DNA of 64,000 nucleotides from Candidatus Palauibacter sp. (GTDB lineage Bacteria; Gemmatimonadota; Gemmatimonadetes; Palauibacterales; Palauibacteraceae): NCBI RefSeq assembly GCF_965213655.1, contig NZ_CBDBZT010000003.1, positions 3,275,829 to 3,339,828 of the forward strand, read 5' to 3'. Shown piece by piece: positions 19,776 to 29,417 of this stretch (position 1 is its first letter; each line of letters starts with the position of its first letter). The notes under the pieces were generated by a model. It saw only the letters and a program-made list of their open reading frames with translations, ran no database searches and was not told where the DNA came from. The position numbers and the translations under genes were made by a program.

Positions 19776-20999
19776 CTAGGTCGTCGTGCCCGCGCTCCCG
19801 TTCGCCAGATAGGCCGCCCAGTCGTCCATGAGCCGACGCCTCCGCTCGAACAGGTCGGTGCGACGGTATGCGGCTTCCACCTTGTTCTGGACCACGTGCG
19901 CCAGCGCGGCCTCGACCACCTCTCGGGGGTGATCCGTTTCCTCTGCCGCCCAGTCCCGGAACGACGACCGAAACCCGTGCGGCACCGCCGCGATCCGGTG
20001 CCTCTGGAGCAACTGGCGCAGCCGCTTCTCGATGAGCGGCTTTCCGTTCAATCGCGTGAACACCAACCAGCTGCCCTCTCCTCCCAGCGTCCGGGCCTCC
20101 CCGAGGATATCGACCGCGCGGCGGCACAGCGGCACCCGATGCTCCCGCTTCGCCTTCATGCGCGTCGCGGGCACCGTCCACACCGCCTCGGCCATGTCGA
20201 TCTCCGACCACTCGGCCCAACGCACCTCACCCCACCTCGCCGCCGTCAGCACCAGAAACTCGAAGGCCAACCGGGCCACCGGCATCTCGTCCGTCGTCCT
20301 CGCCTTCCTGATCGCCGATCCAACCTCCCGATGCGGGAGCGCCTTCATGTGCTTCACGACCCGGTTCTGCGGCCCGAGCACCGACCGGACCCGGTCGCAG
20401 GGGTTGTCGGTCCGGTACTCCATCGCCACCGCCCACTCGAACACCGAGCGCATGCGCTGATGCACCGACTGGGCCGTGGATCCCTTCGTGTGCCAGATCG
20501 GTGTGAGGATCTCCAGGACATCGGCTGTGGCCACCTCCGAGACCGCGATCTGGCCGATGCGCGGGAAGGCATAACGTTTCAGAGTCGATAGCCAGTCCTT
20601 CCCGTGCTGCTTGCTGCGCCATCCGGCCTGCTTCTGCTTCAGGACGCGCCCGGTTGCCTCGGCGAAGCTCGGGATGCCCCGTGCCCGTCGCCGCTCGGCA
20701 AGCGGATCGCCGCCCTCGCGGGCGAGCTTGCGGTTGGCCCGCGCCTTCTCGCGGGCCTCGGCCAGCGACACGAGCGCGACGCTGCCGAGTCCGAAGTCGC
20801 GGCGGCGGCCGCGAATGACGAGTCGCTGCACCCAACTCCGGGCACCGCTCGGCTGAACGTAGAGGTAGAGTCCATTGCCGTCGCAATGCCTCCCGGGAGG
20901 TGCGGAACGCACGAAGGCAGCCGACAGCCGCTTGTGGGGGTGGCGGCCCTTCGGCTTGGTTCTCCGGGCCGTCGCGGGCGTGTGGGTTACGTCATTCAT
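19776..20999 (-). CDS. Tyrosine recombinase/integrase, P4-like
   Basis: 'HCDGNGLYLYVQPSGARSW'; TAARWGE, MKAKREH, HGFRSSFR, LAH, AAY; GAGG before ATG 20999. Confidence 0.95.
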   Translation of the reverse strand: MNDVTHTPATARRTKPKGRHPHKRLSAAFVRSAPPGRHCDGNGLYLYVQPSGARSWVQRLVIRGRRRDFGLGSVALVSLAEAREKARANRKLAREGGDPLAERRRARGIPSFAEATGRVLKQKQAGWRSKQHGKDWLSTLKRYAFPRIGQIAVSEVATADVLEILTPIWHTKGSTAQSVHQRMRSVFEWAVAMEYRTDNPCDRVRSVLGPQNRVVKHMKALPHREVGSAIRKARTTDEMPVARLAFEFLVLTAARWGEVRWAEWSEIDMAEAVWTVPATRMKAKREHRVPLCRRAVDILGEARTLGGEGSWLVFTRLNGKPLIEKRLRQLLQRHRIAAVPHGFRSSFRDWAAEETDHPREVVEAALAHVVQNKVEAAYRRTDLFERRRRLMDDWAAYLANGSAGTTT

Positions 21000-21154
21000 T
21001 ACCTCATAATATGTGGGATCGGATCGGACGTCAAGGAACGTGGCGAGAGGACAACAAGCGAGTATGTGTGACATAAACGCTTGTAAAACAACGATATACT
21101 ACACTTAGCCGAACGCCCTTGGACGTTACTGGATTTGACTAGACTACAGTCACG

Positions 21155-24100
21155 GTGACGGCGAGACGCACAGGGGACTCGGACATCACGGTGACGGAGG
21201 GTGCGTCGCTCACGTTCACGCCGAACGACTGGTACCGGCCACAAACGGTGACCTTGAGTGCCGCGGCGGACGTAGACGGTAGCGATGGCACGGCTACGAT
21301 CACCCACAGCGCAGCTGGTGGTGACTACGGCGCCAACAACGTCAGCGCGACGGTCACCGCGACGGAAGACGACGACGGCAGCAGCGGAGGCGGAGGAGGA
21401 GGCGGCGGCGGGGGCGGCGGGTCGTCCTCGTCGATCGTATCACTCAGCGTGAACCCGTACCGCATAGGAGAGGGGGACGGCCCCACTTCGGTGACCGTGA
21501 CGGGCAGCCTCGACGACGGGACGCAGGACTCGCCGACGACGGTGACCGTCAGCATCGGCGCGGCTGGCGACGGCGCGACACCGGGGTCCGACTACGAAGT
21601 CGTGAACGACTTCACGCTTGAAATCCCGGCAGGCCAGACGAGCGGCAGCACGACGTTCACGTTCACGCCGATCAACGACGGCATCATCGAACGGAGCGAG
21701 ACGGTCCGCGTATCCGGAACGGGCTCCGGGGTGAGAGTCAACTTCGCCACGTTGGTCATCGTTGACGACGACGCGCGCGGACTCCTTCCGAGTCGCCGCG
21801 TTGTGGAGGTACCGGAAGGCGCAACGGCGACCTACACGCTCGTGCTGGAGTCGGAGCCCACGGCCCCGGTGACGGTGACCGCCGCGCGGAGCGGCGACGA
21901 GGACATCACGGTGAGCGAAGGCGCTATGCTGACGTTCACGGCCGACAACTGGGATCTGCCACAGACGGTGACGCTGAGCGCGGCGCACGACGAAGACGAC
22001 GAAGACGGCACGGCGACGATCACGCACACGGCCTCCGGCGGCGACTACGACGGCATCACGGCATCCGTGCGGGCCATCGAGAAGGACAGGATGCAGGCCT
22101 CGACGAAGGTGACCCTGAGCCTGAGCCCGTCCGAAGTGGGCGAGGCCGACGGTCAGAAGACGGTGACGGTGACGGGCGCGCTCGATCGCGGGCCGCTGGA
22201 ATCTGCGACAACCGTGTCGGTCGTCGTGGGCGCGGCCGGCGACGCCGCCGAAGAAGGGGTCGACTACGGCGAGGTGGCCGACTTCACGTTCGAGATCGCG
22301 GCCGGGATCACGAGCGGGAGCGGAACATTCAGCATCGAACCGACGGACGACGACTACGCGGAAGGCGACGAGTCGGTCACCGTGTCGGGTTCGGCGACGG
22401 GACTGACGGTCGACGGCGCCACGCTCACGATCGTGGACGACGACCGGCGTGGCCTCTTCCCCAGCCCGCGGACCGTGCTGGTACCGGAGGGTGAGACGGC
22501 GACGTACACCCTGGTCCTGGAATCGAAGCCGACGTCCACCGTGACGGTGACGGCCGCGCGGACCGGCGACGAGGACATCACGGTGAGCGGAGGCGAGACG
22601 CTGACGTTCACGGTCGACGACTGGTATGTCCCGCAAACCGTGACACTGAGCGCTGCCCACGACGATGACGACGAGGACGGTACGGCGACGATCACGCACA
22701 CGGCCTCCGGTGGCGACTACGACGGCGTCACTGCGGCTGTCAATGCGATTGAGGTGGACGACGAGGGCGCCTGGACGCTGGAGTTCCGCTCGAACGGCTC
22801 CACCGTGAACTCCGTTGCGGAAGCCGTCGGGACGGTGGAGATCGTCGCGACGCGCGGCCAGGCCCCGTCCGAGCCGCTGGTCGTCACGCTTTCCGGTGAA
22901 GGCTCCGCCGAGAGCGGATCCGACTGGCAGCTCGAGACCACCACGATCACCCTCGCGGCGGGCGCCACCGAGACGACGGGCGAAATGACGATCCTCGACG
23001 ACGCCCGCCTCGAGGACTCGGAGTCCGTGACGGTGCGCGCCAGCGTGGACAGGAGTGAGGTCGCCTCCGGAGCCCTTGAGATTCTCGACGACGATCGGGC
23101 CACGATCGCGCTCGTTACCGAGACCCCGACCGTCGAGGAAGGAAGCTCGGTGACGGTGTCCGTCCTCGTGGAGCCGACGGGTGCCGGGTGCGTCATCCCC
23201 TTCGACCTCATGCCGTCGATCCTGGTCGAAGACGGCGGCGGCGCGGTGTCGTCCACGGTTCCGACGGCCGTGATGATCCCGGCGTGCGAGTCGGTGGCCA
23301 CCTTCAGCTTCGACACGGACGATGATGAGGAACCGGCGGGCGATCGCCTCGTGGTGTTCACCGCCGAGGTGAGTGAAGACGATCGAATCTCGGGTGGGAC
23401 GCTGACCGTCAGGGTCACCGACAACGACAACTCGCCGGCGGAAGGGGCCCCGACGATCACGGGCATTCCGCAGGTCGACGAAACCCTCACGGCGCATACG
23501 GATGGGATCAGCGACGCCGACGGCCTGACGCAGGTCGCGTGGCGGTACCAGTGGCTCCTCGTCTCGGGCGATTCGGAGGCCGAGATCGCAGGCGCCACGG
23601 AGCGGACCTACGTCGTGCGAGAGGAGGACGTCGGGAGCCGGCTCAAGGTGCGGGTGGACTTCGAGGACGACGCCGGCAACGACGAGAGCCTCATGAGCGC
23701 GCCGACGGATGAGGTCCGGCCGGCACCAGTCACCCCGGTGGTGACGATCACGGCGCTCACGGCTACGGTCACCGAGGGCGAACCGGCGCGCTTCACCGTT
23801 CGAGCCGAGCCGAGCCCGGAGAGCGCGATCACCGCGATCGTCCATGTGGCCGGGACCAACGACATCCTCGCCGGCACGCCGAGTCCCTCCGTGACGATAG
23901 AGGCCGGGCAGGACAGCGCCGTCCTGGCCGTGGAGACCCGGGACGACGATGTGGACGAAGGTGTCGTGGCCGGGGCGGTCACCGCGGAGGTCCTTGCCGG
24001 ACCGGGGTACGAAATCGGGACACCCTCTACCGCGGTCGTGACGGTACAGGACAACGATGAGGTCGTGTCGCTCGACCTGACCGGGTGGCTGGCGCGGGTC

Positions 24101-25498
24101 GGCCGCACGGCTTCGGACCAGGTCATGGAGACCGTGCGCGAGCGCATGACCCGAGGGCCGGGGGCAACCGGTATGGTGATCGGAGGCTGGGACGTCGTCG
24201 GCCTCGGCAACCATTGGACGGCCAAGCCCTCCGAACGACTGGCCATGTGGTCGGCCACCGATCCGTCGAACCGCAATTTCGGAAAGTCCGCGCGTGAGCT
24301 CTTCGGCCGGAGCTCGTTCAGCGCTTCCGGGCAGCTGGGCGGCGACGGCTACTGGTCCGCGTGGGGCCGTGGCGCCAGGACGGCGTTCCGCGGCGGCGAG
24401 GGCGATGCCGCCGTCGACGGCGAAATGAACGGCTTCATGGCCGGCTTCGACTTCGCCCGCGGGCGTTGGGTCGGCGGCGTCGTCATCTCGCATAACCGCG
24501 CCGACGGCGTACTCGGATCGGGCTCGCGAGAGCACGATGTCGGGACGATCCTGACCGGCGCGTACCCGTGGGCGCGGTATGCCGTGAGCGAGTATTTTTC
24601 GGTATGGGGAATGCTCGGTTACGCGGGCGGTTCCCTTTCGCTCGACGGTGGCTCCGAGTCCGATCCGAACGCCAACCTCGCCATGGCCGCCTTCGGCTGG
24701 CGGGGCGATGTGGTCGGCACCAGCGGCGAGGACGGCTTCTCGCTCGCCCTCACCTCGGACGCGATGGTTTCGCGGGCGAGCACCGGCGGCGACGCCCTCA
24801 TCGGCGAGCAGGACGGCGGCGCCACCCGGGCGCGCTTCCTGGTCGAAGGGTCACACAGGTTCCGCGTCGGGAACGCGACGCTGCAGCCTCTCGCCGAGGT
24901 GGGTGTGCGGCGTGACGCGGGAGACGCGGAGACCGGCGCCGGGATGGAGATGGGCGGCGGCCTGAGCGTCACGATTCCGTCGCTCGGTCTGACGTTGCAG
25001 GGCCGTGCACGCGGGCTCCTCGCGCACGAGGACGGGACCTACGAGGAATGGGGCGGGTCCGCCGTGCTGCGCGTCCAGCCCGACGCCTCGGGCCGCGGTC
25101 TCTCGATGCGCGTGGCGCCCGCGTGGGGCCATGCGGACGGCAGCGCGGCCCGGCTGTTCGAGCGCCGCGACATGAGCAGTATCACCTCGGGCCGCGCCAT
25201 GGGACTCGACGACCACGGGCGCATGAACGCCGAGGTCGGCTACGGCGTGCCGGTCGGCGGTCTCATCGCGATGCCTTACGGCGGCCTTCTGGGTGACGCG
25301 CGGCGGGTGGGCTTGTCGCTGCGGTCCGAGTCGCTCTTCGACCTGAGGTTCGAGGGCATGGACGGCTCCGGCCAGCGCGCCCTCCGCCTCGCCGCCGGCC
25401 TGGAGACGGGCAGCCTCAGGCTCACTCTCGAAGGGATGCACGGTCCTCGGAGCGCCGAGGCGCGGCTGAGCCTGTGGAGCAGGTTCTGGGAGGACTAG
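21155..25498 (+). CDS. C-terminal part of the split adhesin: Calx-beta/Ig repeats plus autotransporter-like beta-barrel
   Basis: Begins mid-repeat with no signal peptide; repeats match those of 13901-16429; C-terminal 'WLARVGRT', 'VGVRRDAGDAETGAG.E.GGG'. Confidence 0.85.
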   Translation: MTARRTGDSDITVTEGASLTFTPNDWYRPQTVTLSAAADVDGSDGTATITHSAAGGDYGANNVSATVTATEDDDGSSGGGGGGGGGGGGSSSSIVSLSVNPYRIGEGDGPTSVTVTGSLDDGTQDSPTTVTVSIGAAGDGATPGSDYEVVNDFTLEIPAGQTSGSTTFTFTPINDGIIERSETVRVSGTGSGVRVNFATLVIVDDDARGLLPSRRVVEVPEGATATYTLVLESEPTAPVTVTAARSGDEDITVSEGAMLTFTADNWDLPQTVTLSAAHDEDDEDGTATITHTASGGDYDGITASVRAIEKDRMQASTKVTLSLSPSEVGEADGQKTVTVTGALDRGPLESATTVSVVVGAAGDAAEEGVDYGEVADFTFEIAAGITSGSGTFSIEPTDDDYAEGDESVTVSGSATGLTVDGATLTIVDDDRRGLFPSPRTVLVPEGETATYTLVLESKPTSTVTVTAARTGDEDITVSGGETLTFTVDDWYVPQTVTLSAAHDDDDEDGTATITHTASGGDYDGVTAAVNAIEVDDEGAWTLEFRSNGSTVNSVAEAVGTVEIVATRGQAPSEPLVVTLSGEGSAESGSDWQLETTTITLAAGATETTGEMTILDDARLEDSESVTVRASVDRSEVASGALEILDDDRATIALVTETPTVEEGSSVTVSVLVEPTGAGCVIPFDLMPSILVEDGGGAVSSTVPTAVMIPACESVATFSFDTDDDEEPAGDRLVVFTAEVSEDDRISGGTLTVRVTDNDNSPAEGAPTITGIPQVDETLTAHTDGISDADGLTQVAWRYQWLLVSGDSEAEIAGATERTYVVREEDVGSRLKVRVDFEDDAGNDESLMSAPTDEVRPAPVTPVVTITALTATVTEGEPARFTVRAEPSPESAITAIVHVAGTNDILAGTPSPSVTIEAGQDSAVLAVETRDDDVDEGVVAGAVTAEVLAGPGYEIGTPSTAVVTVQDNDEVVSLDLTGWLARVGRTASDQVMETVRERMTRGPGATGMVIGGWDVVGLGNHWTAKPSERLAMWSATDPSNRNFGKSARELFGRSSFSASGQLGGDGYWSAWGRGARTAFRGGEGDAAVDGEMNGFMAGFDFARGRWVGGVVISHNRADGVLGSGSREHDVGTILTGAYPWARYAVSEYFSVWGMLGYAGGSLSLDGGSESDPNANLAMAAFGWRGDVVGTSGEDGFSLALTSDAMVSRASTGGDALIGEQDGGATRARFLVEGSHRFRVGNATLQPLAEVGVRRDAGDAETGAGMEMGGGLSVTIPSLGLTLQGRARGLLAHEDGTYEEWGGSAVLRVQPDASGRGLSMRVAPAWGHADGSAARLFERRDMSSITSGRAMGLDDHGRMNAEVGYGVPVGGLIAMPYGGLLGDARRVGLSLRSESLFDLRFEGMDGSGQRALRLAAGLETGSLRLTLEGMHGPRSAEARLSLWSRFWED

Positions 25499-25513
25499 CT
25501 GCTAGCCGCGCTG

Positions 25514-26266
25514 CTAGCTGGACGAGAACTCGAGGGTAAGCGGAGCCGCCCCATCGGCGGTGACCGAGATGTGCCCCGCCACGGTCCCCAGCGTGGGATG
25601 CCACGCCTCGATCTCGTAGTCGCCCGGTGGAAGCGTCGGGAGCGTGAACGACCCGTCCTCGCCCGTGATGTCGAAGAAATCATGGCCCAGGACGTGGATC
25701 GAAGCGGTCATCCAGCCGTGGATGTCGCAGCGCACCTGAATCCCGATCTCCGGCGTCTCGAAAGAGCGTGTGCTCTGAATCCCGCGGATGGGCTGCCCGA
25801 GGTTGAATCCGGGATTGACGGCGGGCGCCACCCGGACATTGTGCAGGGTCGCGTCGCTGTTACGGATGACGAGCGGCTGTCCCACCCGAACGGCCACAGC
25901 GCCCGGAGTGTAGATGCACCCCGTCTGGTCGAGGACGACCTCGGCCTCGGACGGGACCGACGCCGCGGGCGCGTTGAGCACTTGCACCAGAACGCCGGCC
26001 ACGCCACGGTCCGGCCCCACCCGGACGGACCGGTCCAGCAGAGCTTCGTCATGCTGGTCCCGACAATACGGGTCAGCCGACATGTCGATCGGGACGCCCT
26101 CCGGTGCCTCTCCGGCTAAGCGCACCTGCCCCTCCGCGAACACGATGCGCCCGGATATGCGTGTCCCGTCCACCGCGCCCGGTGGTCCCGCGTTCCAGCC
26201 CGCGCTCGCTGCGCAGACCACGAGCGAACAAACGACAAGCACGCGCTTCCCCCGTCTACCAGCCAT
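25514..26266 (-). CDS. Secreted cupredoxin-like / carboxypeptidase-regulatory-domain protein
   Basis: 'LDQTGCIY.P', 'NSD.TLHNV', 'CDIHGWM', 'DGSFTL..LPPG.Y'. Confidence 0.75.
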   Translation of the reverse strand: MAGRRGKRVLVVCSLVVCAASAGWNAGPPGAVDGTRISGRIVFAEGQVRLAGEAPEGVPIDMSADPYCRDQHDEALLDRSVRVGPDRGVAGVLVQVLNAPAASVPSEAEVVLDQTGCIYTPGAVAVRVGQPLVIRNSDATLHNVRVAPAVNPGFNLGQPIRGIQSTRSFETPEIGIQVRCDIHGWMTASIHVLGHDFFDITGEDGSFTLPTLPPGDYEIEAWHPTLGTVAGHISVTADGAAPLTLEFSSS

Positions 26267-27401
26267 CGAAAAGACCTCCATCGAACCAATCCCAGAGGAT
26301 GTAAACCAGCAACTGCGTACTGCGGACATCGGAATCGGTGAGCGGCAGTCGCACGCCCACGTTGAGCATGACATGCTGGCGCGTGTTGAGCGTCACCTGC
26401 ATCTGCGGCACCAGATCCCACTCCGCCCGCGATGTGTCCTCCAGATCCGCGCTCCCCAGGACCGCGATCATTGGCGACCACGCCCGCCCGAACTCGCCGC
26501 TCGTGAACGTGCGCCCGAACACGGCCCGCCAGAACGCCTCTCTCTCCGGTCCATCCACCGCCAGTTCCGTCCCGGCCTGGAGCTGGAGAAAGCCATCGCC
26601 GCCGACGATCTGCCCGAGGGCCAGGAAGGGCTCAACCTTGAGTTCGCCGTCTCCGAGCCCACGCGCTTCATCGCCGGTCGGGAGCTTCACCTCGGTTCCG
26701 AAGCTGAAGATCGTCTCCAGGTTGTGAACGAGCGCGCGCTTGTAGCCGATCTCGATGTCGCCGAGCCCGGCCCCCCAGTCCGCGGCGGAGGCGCCGTTCC
26801 CGGCCGCCCGCGGCTCGCGCGTCTGCGCGAAACCGAAGGGCAGCGCGATCTCGATCTGGTTGCGGGCCCCGAACCGCTTCTCGTAAAGGAGTTCGTTGAT
26901 GACGGCGCCGGGCCCATCGGCGTTCACGCCCGTCGTCCACACCCACTCGTCCTCCGGGTACGCCTTCTCGGTGATGAGGGCGCGGGGCAGATTGAGTTCG
27001 CCGCGTGGCCACGAGCGGTCCGTGCAGAACGTCCGGATGTGGTCCATGATGGACTGCAGCTGGTCGTCGTCGAACGCTTCACCGAAGGCGGGCATCACGT
27101 CGCTGAACCCGCGCACGGGGCCTCCGGCCTTGGACACGATGATCCAGTCAGGGTCCGGCTCGCGCGAAGCGAAGCTGCAATCGGTGAGATCCGGCAGCGG
27201 GTCATCGAAGGCGATCCGATCCGGCGGGGCGCCTCGCCCGTCCGATCCGTGGCAACTTGCGCACCCGGCTTCGTAGAGCGCCCTTCCGTCCAGCGCGTCC
27301 TGCACGGCTTGCGCTCCCGCAAGCGATTGCGGAATCCACAACGCGGCCGCCACGATCAAGATGGCCCGAAGACGGATCCGCTTACGGTTGGTTGCGGGCA
27401 A
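26256..27401 (-). CDS. Cytochrome c domain fused to a putative outer-membrane beta-barrel domain
   Basis: Signal peptide; CASCH heme motif and 'MPAF' distal Met; C-terminal amphipathic strands 'GLGDIEIGYK', 'VKLPTG'. Confidence 0.7.
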   Translation of the reverse strand: MPATNRKRIRLRAILIVAAALWIPQSLAGAQAVQDALDGRALYEAGCASCHGSDGRGAPPDRIAFDDPLPDLTDCSFASREPDPDWIIVSKAGGPVRGFSDVMPAFGEAFDDDQLQSIMDHIRTFCTDRSWPRGELNLPRALITEKAYPEDEWVWTTGVNADGPGAVINELLYEKRFGARNQIEIALPFGFAQTREPRAAGNGASAADWGAGLGDIEIGYKRALVHNLETIFSFGTEVKLPTGDEARGLGDGELKVEPFLALGQIVGGDGFLQLQAGTELAVDGPEREAFWRAVFGRTFTSGEFGRAWSPMIAVLGSADLEDTSRAEWDLVPQMQVTLNTRQHVMLNVGVRLPLTDSDVRSTQLLVYILWDWFDGGLFDGW

Positions 27402-27532
27402 TCGGTGGCTCCTCTCGCGAGGGGTCCGGTCGAGCGGACGTTGTCGAAGTCGTGCGCCCGGTCGGTCAGGTTATGTCGATACCAATAACGGTTATCGCCG
27501 TCAAGAAGACACCTCGCGCTCCAGGAGGTTGC

Positions 27533-28876
27533 ATGAAATCGCACAGGCTGTCCCTGGCGTTCGCCATCGCCGCGTGGGCCGCGGCCCCCTTCGCGGCCGC
27601 CTGCCAGCAGGGGGCGCAAGCGCGCGTCACCGCCTTCGTCGACGTGAACGTCATCCCCATGGATTCCGATCGGGTCCTTGCCGGCCAGACGGTCGTGGTG
27701 AGCGGCGACAGGATCGTCGCCGTGGGGCCGTCGTCCGCGGTCGACGTTCCGAACGGTGCCCAGCGCATCGACGGTGCCGGGAAGTACCTGATGCCGGGAC
27801 TGTCGGAGATGCACGGACACACGCCGGGCGGCTTCGCGAGCGACACCTTCCGGGAGCAGGTGATGTTCCTCTACGCCGCGAACGGCGTGACGACCGTGCG
27901 CGGCATGCTGGGCCTCCCCGGCGACCTCGAGTTGAAGGCGAGGACGAACACCGGCGAAGTCTGGGGGCCGACGCTCTACCTGGCGGGTCCGAGCTTCAGC
28001 GGCGGCAGCATCAGTTCCGCGGACCAGGCCGTCGAGCGCGTGTGGACGCAGAAGCGGGAAGGCTGGGACCACCTGAAGATCCATCCCGGGCTCACTGTTC
28101 CCCAGTACGACGCCATGGCCGCCACAGCCGCACAGGCGGGCATCCGCTTCGCGGGGCACGTCCCCGCCGATGTCGGGATCCGGCACGCGATTCTCATGGG
28201 GCAGGAGACGTTCGACCACCTCGACGGCTACATGGAGGACGCCGGCGGCATCCGCGGCCCCATGGACGAGGCCCGGATGGAAGAACTGTTCGCCCTCACC
28301 ATCGACGCCAGGGCCTGGGTCGTCCCCACCATGGTGCTGTGGGAAGTGGGCGTGATCGGCCTCGGCGACCCCGACGCCCTCGCGGCCTACCCGGAGATGC
28401 GCTACTGGCCCCCGCAGGACGTCGAGGGCTGGAAAAACCGTCTGCAGGCGATCCAGGGGAGGGCTGGGTGGGACGTGGAGCAGGCGCGCCTGCACGCGAG
28501 CAACCGGACGCGCCTCCTCGGCATGATGAACGAAGCGGGCGTGGGCATCCTCATGGGCACGGATTCACCGCAGATGTTCAGCGTCCCCGGCTTCTCCATC
28601 CACCGCGAACTCGCGGCCATGGACGAGGCCGGAATGTCGCCGTACGAGATCCTCGTCAGCGGCACCCGCGCCGTCGGCGACTACTTCCAGCGCTACGACT
28701 CCTTCGGGACGGTGGCGGCCGGCCGGCGCGCGGACCTCATCCTCACGAACTCGAACCCGCTCGACGACGTGGCGAACATCGCCGACCGCGCGGGCGTCAT
28801 GGTACGCGGCGTGTGGAAGTCCGAGGCGGAGATCCAGCGGGGGCTGGCCGATATCGCCGCCAGCTTCGGAAATTGA
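27533..28876 (+). CDS. Amidohydrolase family protein
   Basis: 'MPGLSEMHGH', 'GVTTVR', 'GTD', 'G.VAAGRRADL'. Confidence 0.9.
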   Translation: MKSHRLSLAFAIAAWAAAPFAAACQQGAQARVTAFVDVNVIPMDSDRVLAGQTVVVSGDRIVAVGPSSAVDVPNGAQRIDGAGKYLMPGLSEMHGHTPGGFASDTFREQVMFLYAANGVTTVRGMLGLPGDLELKARTNTGEVWGPTLYLAGPSFSGGSISSADQAVERVWTQKREGWDHLKIHPGLTVPQYDAMAATAAQAGIRFAGHVPADVGIRHAILMGQETFDHLDGYMEDAGGIRGPMDEARMEELFALTIDARAWVVPTMVLWEVGVIGLGDPDALAAYPEMRYWPPQDVEGWKNRLQAIQGRAGWDVEQARLHASNRTRLLGMMNEAGVGILMGTDSPQMFSVPGFSIHRELAAMDEAGMSPYEILVSGTRAVGDYFQRYDSFGTVAAGRRADLILTNSNPLDDVANIADRAGVMVRGVWKSEAEIQRGLADIAASFGN

Positions 28877-28913
28877 GGAAACGAACAGGACGGAGACGTA
28901 CAGGACGGAGACG

Positions 28914-29348
28914 ATGATGACGGAGAATGGAAGCGTACCCGGCGTGGTCGAGCGCCACGCGGGAATCATCACGGTTCGGGGCGGCGGACGGCACCGGGCA
29001 TGGAACGGGATCGAATACAAGACGGGAATGTGGGCGGAGAACGTGGGCTCCGGGGCGCTCTCCATGAACGTGGCGATGATCCCGCCCGGAGGCGTCGCCA
29101 GGGCGCACATCCACGTGGACTTCGAGGTGATGCTCTACATCCTGCAGGGACACGTGCGGCACGAGTTCGGGCCGCGGCTCGAGAAGGCGCTCGATAACGA
29201 GGCGGGCGATTTCATCTTCATCGAACCGGGCGTACCGCACGAGGTGTTCAACCTCAGCGACACCGAGCCCGTGGTGGCGGTTGTAGCGCGCTCGGACGCC
29301 CAGGAGTGGGAGAACATCGTCGACTTCGAGCGCCCCGCTCCAGAGTAG
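28914..29348 (+). CDS. Cupin domain protein
   Basis: 'AHIH..FE', 'GDFIFIEPGVPH'. Confidence 0.9.
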   Translation: MMTENGSVPGVVERHAGIITVRGGGRHRAWNGIEYKTGMWAENVGSGALSMNVAMIPPGGVARAHIHVDFEVMLYILQGHVRHEFGPRLEKALDNEAGDFIFIEPGVPHEVFNLSDTEPVVAVVARSDAQEWENIVDFERPAPE

Positions 29349-29417
29349 CGCCCCGCTCCAGAGTAAGGAGCCGGCTGACGCAGGAGACCGCTCGGTAACT
29401 CGCTGAATTACGGCGGG

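Larger units (their letters stand above)
16412..21158. mobile_element. 4737-bp integrative element inside the adhesin gene
   Basis: Direct repeat GTCACGGTGA at 16412-16421 and 21149-21158; intact integrase; AT-richer ends; TTACCTCAT near both ends (16484 and 20999). Confidence 0.9.

Noticed and set aside
28886-29365. Short tandem duplications flanking the cupin gene (15 bp ACAGGACGGAGACGT; 18 bp GCGCCCCGCTCCAGAGTA)
   Set aside because: The two duplications are unrelated in sequence, so they are not a TSD pair; likely local slippage.
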